The notes under the pieces were generated by a model that was not told the origin of the DNA, did not search any database, and was given only the letters and a program-made list of their open reading frames with translations. Source: Reclinomonas americana ATCC 50394 (lineage: Eukaryota). From it: a stretch of 19,877 nucleotides of DNA. The position numbers and the translations under genes were made by a program. The DNA is taken from contig PS015164.1 in NCBI GenBank assembly GCA_048213135.1, positions 58,937 through 78,813 on the forward strand. The letters run 5' to 3'. The first letter of the stretch is position 1; each line of letters starts with the position of its first letter. Of the stretch, positions 1-12,227 are shown in pieces.

Positions 1-179
1 ACGTTAGTGTTGGGGTAGGTAGGTCGAACGACGACCTACGTCGAACTACGTACGTATACTACGTGTAGACGTACCTACGAAGAAGTAGTAGTCTCGTCCG
101 CACTCTCTCTCTCTCTCTCTCCTCCTCTCTCTCTCCCTCTCTCTCTCTCCCTCCCTCTCTCCCTCTCCCTCCCACGCAC

Positions 180-2070
180 CTTCCGCTGGAGAAAATCTCC
201 TCCATTGCACGCCACGTATCGCGACGAAGCGTGGCATTGTCCATGTCGGGCTTGCTGGTGAACATTCGCACCAATGCCGAGCTGCATACACGCAACAGAA
301 AGGGAGAGAGGAGAAAATCAGATTGCATAAGTGTTGGAGATCTCTGGAGACGCCTCGGCAGGTTGCTTGTTGTACCGTCGCTCCGGTCCTGCATGTCATG
401 ATCAACTGTCAGCATCTCTTTTCCCAATCTCTCACTCGACAAGCAGTGGAATGTACCCGGGAAGTGGACAAGATAGAGGTCGACATAGTCGACGCCGAGG
501 CGGACCAACGACTGATCAAACTCCTGCAGAGTCGACTCGTATCTGTGTGCGCAATTATCAGTGCTGCAACTGGCGGTTCGACTGCTGCCATCACTCATAC
601 ACACCCAAGCTTGTCACGGCTGAGCTTGGTGCACAGGAAGATCTCTTCGCGAGGCACGCCCGACTCGCGGATGGCGCGTCCCACTGTCGACAATGTATCA
701 GTGTGCAATACCGAAACCGAACAGTTCGGTAACACACACCTTCTTCCTCGTTGTCGTACGACGATGCCGTCTGTCGCAAACATGGAGAATAGGGTTAGCA
801 GCTTGTCGTCGCGATATTCTTGCTGCAGCACGACGACGCAACATCGATGTGGCGGAATCCAAGTTGCAGTGCGCTCAGCTGCATTCGAGTGAGAGAAGAA
901 TCGCCACCACCACCACCATCACAGCACCACCTCACATCGTAGTGGTGTCTCACTGCATGATTGTCACCACTGATCCGGAAACGGAGAGAGAGAGATAGAG
1001 AGAGAGGGCAATCGCTGCTGAGGCTGTAGAGACAAGAATGCCTGATGTGTTATGTGCGTGCGTGCGTGTGTGCAAATGTGTGCGTATGCGTGCATGCTCG
1101 TCCCTACAAGTAGTGAACTCTAACTGTGCAGTCGCTGCACTGGTTGCGGAGAAGTGAATCACTGGTGACTGATGTGACGAAAAGTTGTGTGTTCGTGCAC
1201 TGTTCAAGACGTGACCGCGATGAAAGAACACACGACAGTGCAGTCGCTGCAGTGGTTGCAGAAAGAGAATGACTGGCGACTGATGCGATGCCAAGAGAAG
1301 CAGTGAACACATAACAGTGCAGTCACCGCAGCTGCAGTGGTTACAAAAAGGAGAATGACTGACGACTGACGTAAATACAAGCTTCTTGCGATGTGGAGAC
1401 TGGAGTGTGAGTGTGTGTACTGTTCCTGAGGTGACCGCGATGAAAGAACGCATAACGGTGCAGTCGCTGCAGTGGTTGCAGAAGGAGAATGACTGGCGAC
1501 TGATGTGATGCCAAGCGGCGACTTGTGATGTGGAGTGTGGGTGGGTGGCTGCGTATGTGTGGGTGTTCGTGCTTGCTCGCCTTCCAGAGGCAGTGAACGA
1601 GCACAGAACAATGCTGAGGCTGCAGTGGTTGCAGAAAGATGGCTGACGGCTGATGTGGTGCCAACAAGCTCTTGTGGCGACTGATGTGTTGTAGTCTGTA
1701 CGTGTGATCTCCTCTCTCTCTCTCTCTGCCACATGTCTCTTCTCTCTTTCCCCGCTCTCTCTATCCCCGCCCCGCTCTCGCACGCACCACCGACTCGTAG
1801 CACTCCTCGCCCTTGAGCTTCCACGTTCCATGTCCGAGAACAGGAATTCTGACCTCGCGGCCGTCGCGTGCACTCGCAGTCTTCAGCGTCAGTGTCGGAA
1901 TCGGGGCCGCCACCATGGTGGTGCCCACCTGCGATGATAATATTGTCGGTTTGTGAATACTGCAGCTCACTGCCTCTCTCTCTCCCTCCTCTCTCTCTCT
2001 CCTGTCTGTGACGTACCTTGGAGGTGCTCACGCCAGTCGGCTGCACGGTTGGAACAAACGTCGAGGTCAT
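180..2070 (-). CDS. Aldo-keto reductase paralogue 1 (multi-exon; 3' end runs off the window start)
   Basis: Spliced model: 2070-2017 (MTSTFVPT..SK), 1928-1788 (..IPVLGHGTWKLKGEECYESV), 878-843 (LSALQLGFRHID), [59 protein letters not shown], 13-nt exon 388-376, ..LRRDTWRAMEEIFSSGR (donor at 179). AKR motifs present with the Asp/Tyr/Lys/His tetrad intact. Confidence 0.92.
1122..1690. repeat. Degenerate interspersed repeat array (~5 units) within intron 879-1787 of AKR paralogue 1
   Basis: Core GTGCAGTCGCTGCAGTGGTTGCAGAAxGAGAATGACTGGCGACTGATG, or variants of it, recurs near 1126, 1238, 1317, 1458 and 1612. Confidence 0.9.
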
Positions 2071-2513
2071 TGTGTCTGCGCTCTCTCACTCGCTCTTTTG
2101 GAACTGAATCCTTGTCCGCAGCACAGCACAGCAGAACCGATCCTCGGACGGGCAGTAGAATCTCACTGTTGGAGCATAGCTACATTGGCCCCTTGTGCTT
2201 CCACTGTCTCTATGATTCTATGATTGCTTCTCGCACACCACGCCCTCTCGACAGTCTCCCTTGTTGGCGCGCGGCAGAGATGGTTGAGTGTACATACTTC
2301 CGCCATATGCGGTTGGCGAGTGAAGCATTCTGTCTTGGGAGAACGTTTCCTTTGAAAAGGGGTTTCATTCGTGCATGAAGCATGCTACAGGTGGGGAAAC
2401 AAGAAGAAGAATCTATTGGTGGTTGGTGTTAGTGGTGCTGGTGACAGTGATGCTCGTCGTGTGCTGTCCGCACAGCTGCTCCATTGAATCACACGGCACT
2501 CCCGCCCGTCGTC

Positions 2514-4922
2514 TTACACCACGGTGCGCGGGTCCGAGCAGTAGAACTTGCCCTGGTTGAGCGTGTCGATCAGACGCATCTCTTGGTCTGTCAGCTCAAA
2601 GTCGAAGATATCAAAGTTCTCACTCCGGTGATCCGAGTCCGCCGTGCGCGTCAGCACCACTGCACGTGTGTGCAGGTGAACCACTGAGAGCACGCAAGAA
2701 GCACAAATACAACACGCACCGTTGCCTTGCTGCAGGTTCCAGCGCAAGAAAATCTGCATGCGCAACCAAGAGAGAGAATCAGTCATTACTCACACCAATT
2801 CATGGTTGTCTGTGATGATGTCACCTGCGCGAGCGTCTTGCCGTGCCTCTCGCCAATAGTCTTCACGTCGTCGTTCGAGACGTCAACCAGCTGCGCAGCA
2901 CGGCGATCGTGAGCATTCATGATCATATGCATGATAACAACGTGTTGTGCCTACGCACGTTGCCAGTGCCGAGCGGCGAGAATGCTTCGACCACGATGCC
3001 ACGGTCGCGGCAGTAGCGCACCAGAGCGCTAGGTGACAGGTGTGAGTTCGTGGCGGTCACAATAATGAGTGAAGATCTGCAACATACAAAAGACACTCAC
3101 CGCCGAGTGAGGCGCGGATGCACCTCCACCTGGTTCACCGCAGGCGGCACCACACACTCGTGGATCAGCTCCTCCAAGTGAGAGATCTCAAAGTTGGAGA
3201 CGCCAATGGCACGGGCGCTGCGCAAGCATGATCATGACTCAGTGGACTCATCACATGAGCTGTTCATGTGTCTGTAACAGCATCAGCAACACTGACCGGC
3301 CGGTGGAGTGGATTTTCTCCATCGTCTTCCACGTCTCCAGACGGAGGAGTGAGTTCCTCGAGTCCGTCTCGTCGCTGTAGCTCAATTAATAGCTGAAGAC
3401 CCATACACAAGTGAACTGCGATAAGACAACACCCTGACGCACAGATCATGGGCGCCTGTGTGCATCGAGTGAGTGAGTGCTGACTGCTGACAAGTAGGGT
3501 GTGAATGAATTGCCTCACCAGGCCAGCCAATCAGGTACAGGTCGACGTAGTCCACCTGAAGGCGCTCGAGCGAGTTGTGGAAGCACTCCATGGCCTTGCC
3601 GCGACTGCAAGAAAAGTGTCAGTGGGGTCATCCTTTCAGGAGCTTACACACCGGTTCCACTCGCACGCAACCCCAGGTGCTTGTCATCCAAGCGAGTGGT
3701 CAGGAAGATCTCGCCACGAGGCACTCCGGAGTCGCGAATGGCGCGGCCCACTGTCACCGCCAGGACAAGTTAGCGTGATTTCGCACCAAGGACGCTATTG
3801 TACGACTCACCCTCCTCCTCATTGTTGTACTCGGCAGCCGTCTGCGCAGATTCACAACAGCACTCGTCAAGCCTCTCAACCTCACAGTCGCGTGCATCTC
3901 TCACTCACTCACATCAATGAGGCGGAAACCGGAGCGCAGAGCGCCCAGCTGTTTTGCATCGTCACAAACATCAGTATCGTTCTTGTCGACAACTCGATTC
4001 TGCCACCACTCACCACCGCATCGTAGCAGTCGTCACCAGTCAGGTTGAGAGTGCCAAAGCCGAGGACTGGCATGCGCACTTGGCGGCCGTCGCGCACACT
4101 CGGCGTCTTGAGCGTCACCATCGGCTGGTGCATGAAAGAGTAGCGCGTGCCGAGACCGCCTCCTCCCACTCCGCCGGTGCCACTGGTGCCGTAGATCTGC
4201 GACCCGCCTCCCTGCTGGTAGCCGCTGGTGGGGGTGCCGTAGATCTGGGAGCCCTGCGGGTACCCCGAGGTGAAGCCACCACTCACCGGGATCTGCGGTG
4301 ACAAGCACCACAGAATGAGAAGAATTCGAACGAGTCATTAGTGACGGGCGACGGCACGACTCACCGAGCGCACGCCACTGCGCAGTGGCACGCCGCTGCC
4401 GGAGACGTTCGACAGGCCAGTCGTGCCGGCGCCGCGCGTGTAGTCTTGCGAGAGCGGCACGCCCTGCTGCTGCTGCAACTGCTGCTGCTGGCGCCAGACG
4501 TCGCCAGAGCCCACTTGCTGGTGCTGCAACGGGCGCTGCGGATAGTTGACCGACTGCTCCGGAACGGAGAAGGGATAGGGGCCAGTGTTCTGCTGTTGCT
4601 GTTGCTGGCCCTGGCCCTGGCCCTGGCCCTGCGCCCACTGGCGTTGGTACTCGTACGCCGGCATCTGCTGCGTCTGCTGCGACGACTGCGCCCACTGGCG
4701 CTGGTACTCCGGCTGCTGCTGCTGCTGCTGCGACTTGAGGTACGTGTACTGCGGCTGCTGCAGCGTCTGCGACACCGGCTTCATCTGCTGCTGCTGCTGC
4801 ACGTACTCGGGCACGTCGCGGCCGAGCGTCGACGACGACGTCACACCGGTGCCGGTGGTGGTAATCGGAATCGCACGGCTCGTCGACGTGGTCGACACCT
4901 TTTCACGCGTCTGTGCGTACAT
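2514..4922 (-). CDS. Aldo-keto reductase-fold paralogue 2 with Q/G/S/Y-rich N-terminal extension (complete, multi-exon)
   Basis: ATG at 4922, exon 4922-4365 Q-rich, exon 4292-4014 ending [20 protein letters not shown]. Then [43 protein letters not shown], ..[14 protein letters not shown], ..[39 protein letters not shown], ..EAFSPLG, ..[11 protein letters not shown], ..[31 protein letters not shown] at 2516-2514. Confidence 0.92.
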
Positions 4923-5605
4923 ACCAGTAGCAGAAGGAGCAGTAGAGTATTAGGCATGATGTGCAGGTGTGATGCGAAGAGGCAAGCGCTTGAGAAACAG
5001 ATCTACTCGCAACGCAACATACGACATGGCGAAGTAGAAATGAGGAGAGGGTGGTGGCTGGTCTGCGCTCTGCAGTGAACGAAAAAAACAATGATGAAGA
5101 TCAAGCAGCGAGTAGACAGACGATCCTCGCATTTGAACCACGCGCCCGACGCTTCCGCCGCGCGTCGGAAATTCTTTGCATTTCTCCGCAGAATATTCTC
5201 CTGTATGATGTGCACGTGGTGGCAGTGGCGCGCCCTCTCGTGCACAGTCCCTTGACTCGTCTCGAGTGACCATCACGAGTGTAGTGAGATGGGCATCGGA
5301 AAGCGCGATGACGCGCGTTGCGTGCACTGATACCGTGACACAAAACACCTGTGTCCGCACACACACGTGCATATACGCACAAATGTGCAACGTGTGATTG
5401 CCACCACCTTCTTCGTCTTCTTTGCCAAAAGGATCATTACGCTCTCCCGCGTGGCCTTTGTCACGAATTCATCATATGCGACAGGAGATGATTGCAGCAT
5501 GCGGCTTTACTTTTTCTCAGTCATCATCGTCACTCATAACATACTCATGGATATCGTCATCTACGACAGTGGGCGACACGAGCCGCCAGTTGCATCTCCC
5601 CCCGC

Positions 5606-8600
5606 TCACTCGACCACCCGCGGATCTCGGTTGTAGCGGCGACCCTTGTTGATTCTGTCGATCGTCTCCATGTCGTCTTCGGTCAACTCAAAGTCGAACA
5701 CCTCCAAGTCCTCCTTGCGGTGGTTTACGTTTGAGGTGCGCACGGCCACAGCTGTGCACGCGAGTCAGTCAATATTCAGAGATAGTGTGTGTATTATGCT
5801 GCATCTGGCACTCACCATGTCCCTGCTGGATGTTCCATCGCAGGAAAATCTGCGCAACGACAAACAATAAAGTGCACGTTGAAGTGCAATAGCAGCTCGG
5901 CACGCACCTGTGCAGGGGTCTTGTGGAGGCGAATGGCCACCTTGTGTGCCTCATTCATCGCACGGATGGTGCGATCGCCCACGCCTGCGTTGAGACGCTT
6001 GAGAGCAGACGGCGGCTTCACCATCTGCAGCATCGCGAGCGTATCAGATGCAAGCCGAGAAAAGAGCGAGAGAAAGAGGATTGTCGCAGCTGAGACTCAC
6101 ATGCCCAGCCGCCAACGCTGACGCAGCCATGACCACAATCGCGTGGTCGTGGCAGTAGCGCACCAGAGGTCTGCATGTATGTGTGTGGAGGGGATAAATG
6201 GCTCTCACGAGGAAGAAGCGGACGACGACGATGCACATAGCATGCGCAACTTGCGTGTCAGCTTCGGGTGCACCTCGATCTGGTTGACTGCCGGCGGAAT
6301 GGTGCACTCATGCAGCAGTGCCTCCAAGTGCGAGATCTCAAAGTTGCTGACACCAATGGCGTGCGCCCTGAGTGCATGCGGACCAGTGCGGTGAGCAACT
6401 TATGCACAAAGCGATGCACCACCAGCACCAGCACTATATATTCGCAACTTGCCACTGGCGTGGATCTTCTCCAGCATTTCCCACGTCTCGCGTCGCAAGG
6501 CTGCGTTGCGTGGATCTGCCGCTGACCTGCACCAGCGATGTGAGGGAGAGACGACGACCAACGGCGATGGTACGGGAACTCAACAGATCGAGGGCACCCG
6601 GCCAGCCGACGAGAAACAAATCAAAGTACTCGAGACCGAGATGCTCCAGCGACGTCTGGAACGCTTCCAGGGCCCGTCCTCTCCTGTGGACACACAACAC
6701 AGTAAATATCATGGCGGTGGTGGGTGCGACAATACAGTGTGTCACGGACCCCAGATGACGGCCATCCAACTTGCCCGTCACAAAGATCTGACTGCGGGGA
6801 ACCTTTGAGTCGCGGATCGCCTCGCCCACTGTTGCACGATGGTGAGTATGTGATGAGTTCCACGTCCGCAAACGTGAGCGTACACGCACCTTCAGATTCG
6901 TTGCCGTAGAGGGGGCTCGTCTGCGTGTAGTCAGTGCGTGAGATGTGAAACGCGCGGAGACACGAGGAGAAGCAGTGCACACTCACGTCAATATGGCGGA
7001 AACCAGCCAGCAACGCCCCAAGCTGTACACACTCGGTGAGAAGAACAGCTCACAAACCACCAGCGCCCATCAGCGACAACTCACCGTGGCCTTGTAGGCA
7101 TTCTCGCCGCGCAAATGGTTCGTGCCAATGGCGATGATCGGCATGTGGATCATCTCGCCCTCGGCACTCGGCGTGCGCAGCGTGATGGTTGGCACGGCCA
7201 CCGTGTCATACGGCAGGCGTCGGAAGCTGGTGGTCGAGGTCGGTTGCTGCTCTTGCTCCTGCTCCTGCTGCTGCTGCTCGCCGCCACTGGTCTCACCTCC
7301 CGGCGTCACACCCGACAGTGCACCGCTTGGCAGCACGTCAGTCACCAGTCCGGCGGTCGGCGGCTTGGCGGCCACGATGCTGCTGGCAAATGGCACGGCG
7401 GCTGCCGCAATTGGACCCGCCAACACCTCGGCAGGCACCTGCGGCACGAGGTTGCGCGGCACCATGACCACCATGGGCACCGGAACCAAGTCCGTGTCGC
7501 CGCCAGCACCGCCACTGATACGTCGGATAGTCATGGGAATCGGCTCGCCATCGCCGCCTGGCGTCACGGCGGTGGCCAGCAGTTCGGCTGTCAGTGGCGG
7601 GTTCAGCACGCCACCACTGGGAAGGAGACCCCCTCCAAGAGCACTGGGTTGCGACGCCGCCGCCGCGATGGCCGCACCCGTGGCAGCCGTGCTCAACGCA
7701 GGCGACACCAGATCGGCGGGGTTGGTGATGTTCGCAGGTGCGGCACGTGGAAGTTGCTGCTGCGGCGGCGGCGCACTCGCCTCAGTTGTGTGAGGCTGGC
7801 TGTGTCGGTGGTGGTGTCTGGTAAACTGGACGGGGACTTGACGTGGCACGTGCGACTGCAGTGCGCCGGTGGCGGCCAAACTCTCCGGGCCAAATGTCAC
7901 CGGCTTCGGCGACTCGACCAGTGGACGCGGCACGAGAATGGCCGGCATGGTCTGCGGCCGCGACGGCGGGAACGATAGAGTCGGCTCGCGTGCTCCCTGC
8001 AGCCCCTCGTCACCCTCGTCTTCGTTGTCCGTCGAGAGCGGTTCAATGAAGCGGCGTGACAAGGGCACCGCAGGCGGGATGTTTTCCTGTTCCGCCATCT
8101 GAGGCGCTGAGGACGAAGGGAAGTCCAGCAGCGGCTCCTGTTGTTGTGCGGGAATTTGCGACCAGCCGCCCTCGTCGCCCTCCGTGGGCAGCGGCTCGAA
8201 GAAACGAGAGTACGGCTGCTGCTGCTGCGGCGGCGGCGGCAGTGGTTGCGGGAAGTCGATTAGTGGTTCCTGTTGCTGCTGCCAATCGCTCGGCTCGCCC
8301 TCCTCCTCCATCGGTAGTGCTTCAATGGTGCGACTCTGCGCCGCTGGCGCCGCAGTCCACTGCGGCGCAGCAGCGGGGAAGCCGATCAGCGGTTCCTGCT
8401 GCTGCTGCTGCTGCTGTTGCTGGGCCCAGTCGATCGGCTCGTCTTCCTCGGGCAGTGCCTCGATCGTGCGCTGCTGCACCGGCTCCACCCACGGCTGCGA
8501 CCGCGGGACTCCGCCGGCAAAGTCATGCACCGTCTCCTCTGGTTCTTGCTGTTGCTGCTGCTGCCGTTGCAGCCACTCGGACTCCGCGTCCTCGGTAGGC

Positions 8601-10262
8601 AGCGGCTCGATGATGCGCTGCGAGGCCGGCGGGGTGTTGTAGATGCTGCTGCTGCTGCTACTGGGCGCGCCAAAGTCGCCAACCGCCGGCTGCACATCGC
8701 GATCCTGCCACGCGGTGAACGCCTCCGGCTCCTCCGACATGGGTGTCACACCAAAGACGGTGGGGTCGCCACCACGGAAACTCTCAATCTGCGGCTCCTG
8801 CTGCGCCACGAGACGCGGCTCTCCGGCGGTCCAGTCGCCGCCGCTGCCGCTGCTGCGCAGTGGCTGCACAATGAAACCCGATCGACCGCCGCCGACATCA
8901 GGCTCCACCGGCTGGAAGACATAGGTCGGCGCGGGCTTGTTCGCGGACGACGACGGCACCAGAGGCACCACATCGTCTGCGGGCGGCGCCTCATAGTCGC
9001 TCGGGATCTCCTCCAGCGGATACAGAATGCGAGTGTATGGGGTGGCCTCCACCGGTGTCACATTCGGCACCACATTCGGCAGGTGCGACCTGCTGCACGG
9101 TTGCATTTGCATTTAGTATGCGGCAGATGTGCCCCATCATGATCACCAATCGATTGCTCACCTCGGCCACGATTGCACCTCGTCCGTGACATGACTCGTT
9201 GTCGGCAGTTCCTCCATGGCCTGGAACACGCCGCGATTCTGCTGCTGATTGTTGTCATAGGCTGCAGGCTTGCTCACAGGCACCGGCACTGGCTCGGCGC
9301 GCAGACTGGTGGGCTCCGGTGGAGGCGTTTCGAGGCCAGCCTCCTCCTCCTCCTCCTGCGTGCGCTGGCCAGTCCCCACCTCCGCAGTGCTCGGAGGAGG
9401 AGGAGGAGGAGGAGTCGCACGACGGGCGCCAATGGTGGTGGTGGGGTGATGGGAGCGAGTCTCATTGTCGACTATGGGACTCGAGTACGAGGGTGACGTG
9501 GAGCCGGCAGTCGGCATGGACTGCTGGTCGAAGCGACGCGCACCACTCGCATGCGTGGGTGCCGGAGGCGGGTTGTCGAGCTCGGCGGCCGACGAGGGTG
9601 ACTCTGTGCCGCCAAACGGCACCACCGTCGGCATGATCGGCATAGGGTTGTTCGGGTTCAGGCCGGTGGCACTGGTCGCCACCGCCGGCATCATGAACGC
9701 CGCGCGCTGGCCAATAGGCGACGCCGGCGACGGCGGAACAATGCGCAACTTGGACGCCACACCGCCGCCACCGCCACTGCCACCGACATCAGCCACGGGC
9801 GGATTGTCGGGCTCCACATGTGCCGCCTCGGACTGCGATTCGCCGATATCCGTGTCGGCACCATGAACCGCCTCCGTCGTCGCCGTCGCCGCCGTAGTTT
9901 TCTTCTCGTCACCGCCCTTGCTGGGCTTCATCTGTGCCACGCATCACAGAGTGAGCAACAACAATCCGCGAGAACCAAAAACACAAAAGATTCTCCCCGC
10001 ACAAACCAGCGAAGTCAAGCGGCGCTTGATCCAACTCACCGCCGACTCGTCGCTCTCCTCCTCCTCTTCTTCTTCTTCAGCTTCCTCCGGTTCCTTGGCG
10101 ACCGTGACCGTTTTCACTTCGCGTTCCGTGGTCACCGGCTGCTCCGCCGCATGAGCAATCGTTCCCTGTTCCACCTTTTACAGTGGAGCGACTTGTCTGT
10201 TCAGCAACAGCAGCACCAGCAGCAGCAAGCAGAAACGCGAATTACGAACTCACCGACGACAT
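5606..10262 (-). CDS. Aldo-keto reductase-fold paralogue 3 with a very long (~950 aa) low-complexity N-terminal region
   Basis: Probable start exon ATG TCG TCG at 10262-10254, then exons 10174-10040, 9931-9162 and ~9089-7085 (P/Q/E-rich, ending [20 protein letters not shown]). Then [43 protein letters not shown], ..[15 protein letters not shown], ..[25 protein letters not shown], ..[11 protein letters not shown], ..[27 protein letters not shown] at 5608-5606. Splice phases are consistent; the 5' linkage is less certain than the AKR domain. Confidence 0.85.
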
Positions 10263-10755
10263 GGGTCACAACAACAACAGTGAGGTTTCCGCGCTCTGCA
10301 CAGGCGGAGAATCGGGAATTTGAGCATTCAGTGATCGCGACAAGCGAAGGCTGGCCAAGGCTGAAAGAAACGGGGATAAGTTGGAAAGAAGGCAACAAGG
10401 AGCGCATGTAAAAAAAAGAGAGAAATTTGGAGATGGGCGTGCGTGCAAAGTGAAGGAGGAGGAGGAGAGGGGAGAGGGAGGAGAGGAAGAGGATGCACGA
10501 CAGAGAGAGAGAGAGAGTTTCGTGGGTGAAGTTGTGTCACCGAAGATTGAGGGGGCGAGGAGTTGTCTCGCGCTTACCATGTGTGCCTTTGACATCGCAG
10601 TTGCAGAATGAGTGAATGAGTGTGCAGACAGTGTGCAAGCGTTGCGCGTGCGCGGCTTGTGACAAGTCGACGCGACGTTGTGCACAGGACACTCACACGC
10701 GCTCATATCAGTCCATCGTCAAGCACACAACGAGTNNNNNNNNNNNNNNNNNNNN

Positions 10756-10846
<91 letters not shown>

Positions 10847-10858
10847 GAGAGAGAGAGA
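10756..10858. repeat. (CA)n followed by (GA)n microsatellite adjacent to assembly gap
   Basis: Direct inspection. Confidence 0.97.
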
Positions 10859-10989
10859 TGGTTGTTGTGAGATGGACCGCAGCGAGGCCTTCAGCTCGTC
10901 ACATTCACAGTTGTCGCCATCATGTGATGGAGGAAAGACTTGGATTCAAGATGTCCACTACGTTCTCATGTCTTGTTTGTGATGCGCAG

Positions 10990-12102
<1,113 letters not shown>

Positions 12103-12227
12103 AAAAACAAGTAGTGTGTGCGCACATTTATGTGCGTGAGAGAGGGGGAGAGAGAGTGAAAGTGCTGTTCTTTTCCTCTTGGCTTTATTTTACGTCATTA
12201 TTCTTCGTTATTACGTGCTATACATGT

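Noticed and set aside
1-95. Odd TACG/GTAG-rich sequence at the window start
   Set aside because: It looks like a degraded read end beside a CT microsatellite within an intron.
1122-1690. CRISPR-like repeat-spacer appearance
   Set aside because: Repeats are long and degenerate, spacers vary widely in length, the context is a eukaryotic intron, and no cas-like genes are present.
950-1873. Long ORFs with repeated WHHISRQSFSFCNHCSDC (zinc-finger-like) peptides
   Set aside because: They lie in an AKR intron, the repeat units fall in different frames, and AKR exons splice cleanly around them.
4033-9142. Long antisense and alternative-frame ORFs over the AKR N-terminal exons
   Set aside because: Shadow ORFs expected from GC-rich, CAG-rich coding sequence; no independent protein signal.
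9944-10174. Predicted start at 10174 (MEQGT..)
   Set aside because: The codon is GTG directly after an AG acceptor. A real ATG mini-exon with a GTGAGT donor lies at 10262-10254.
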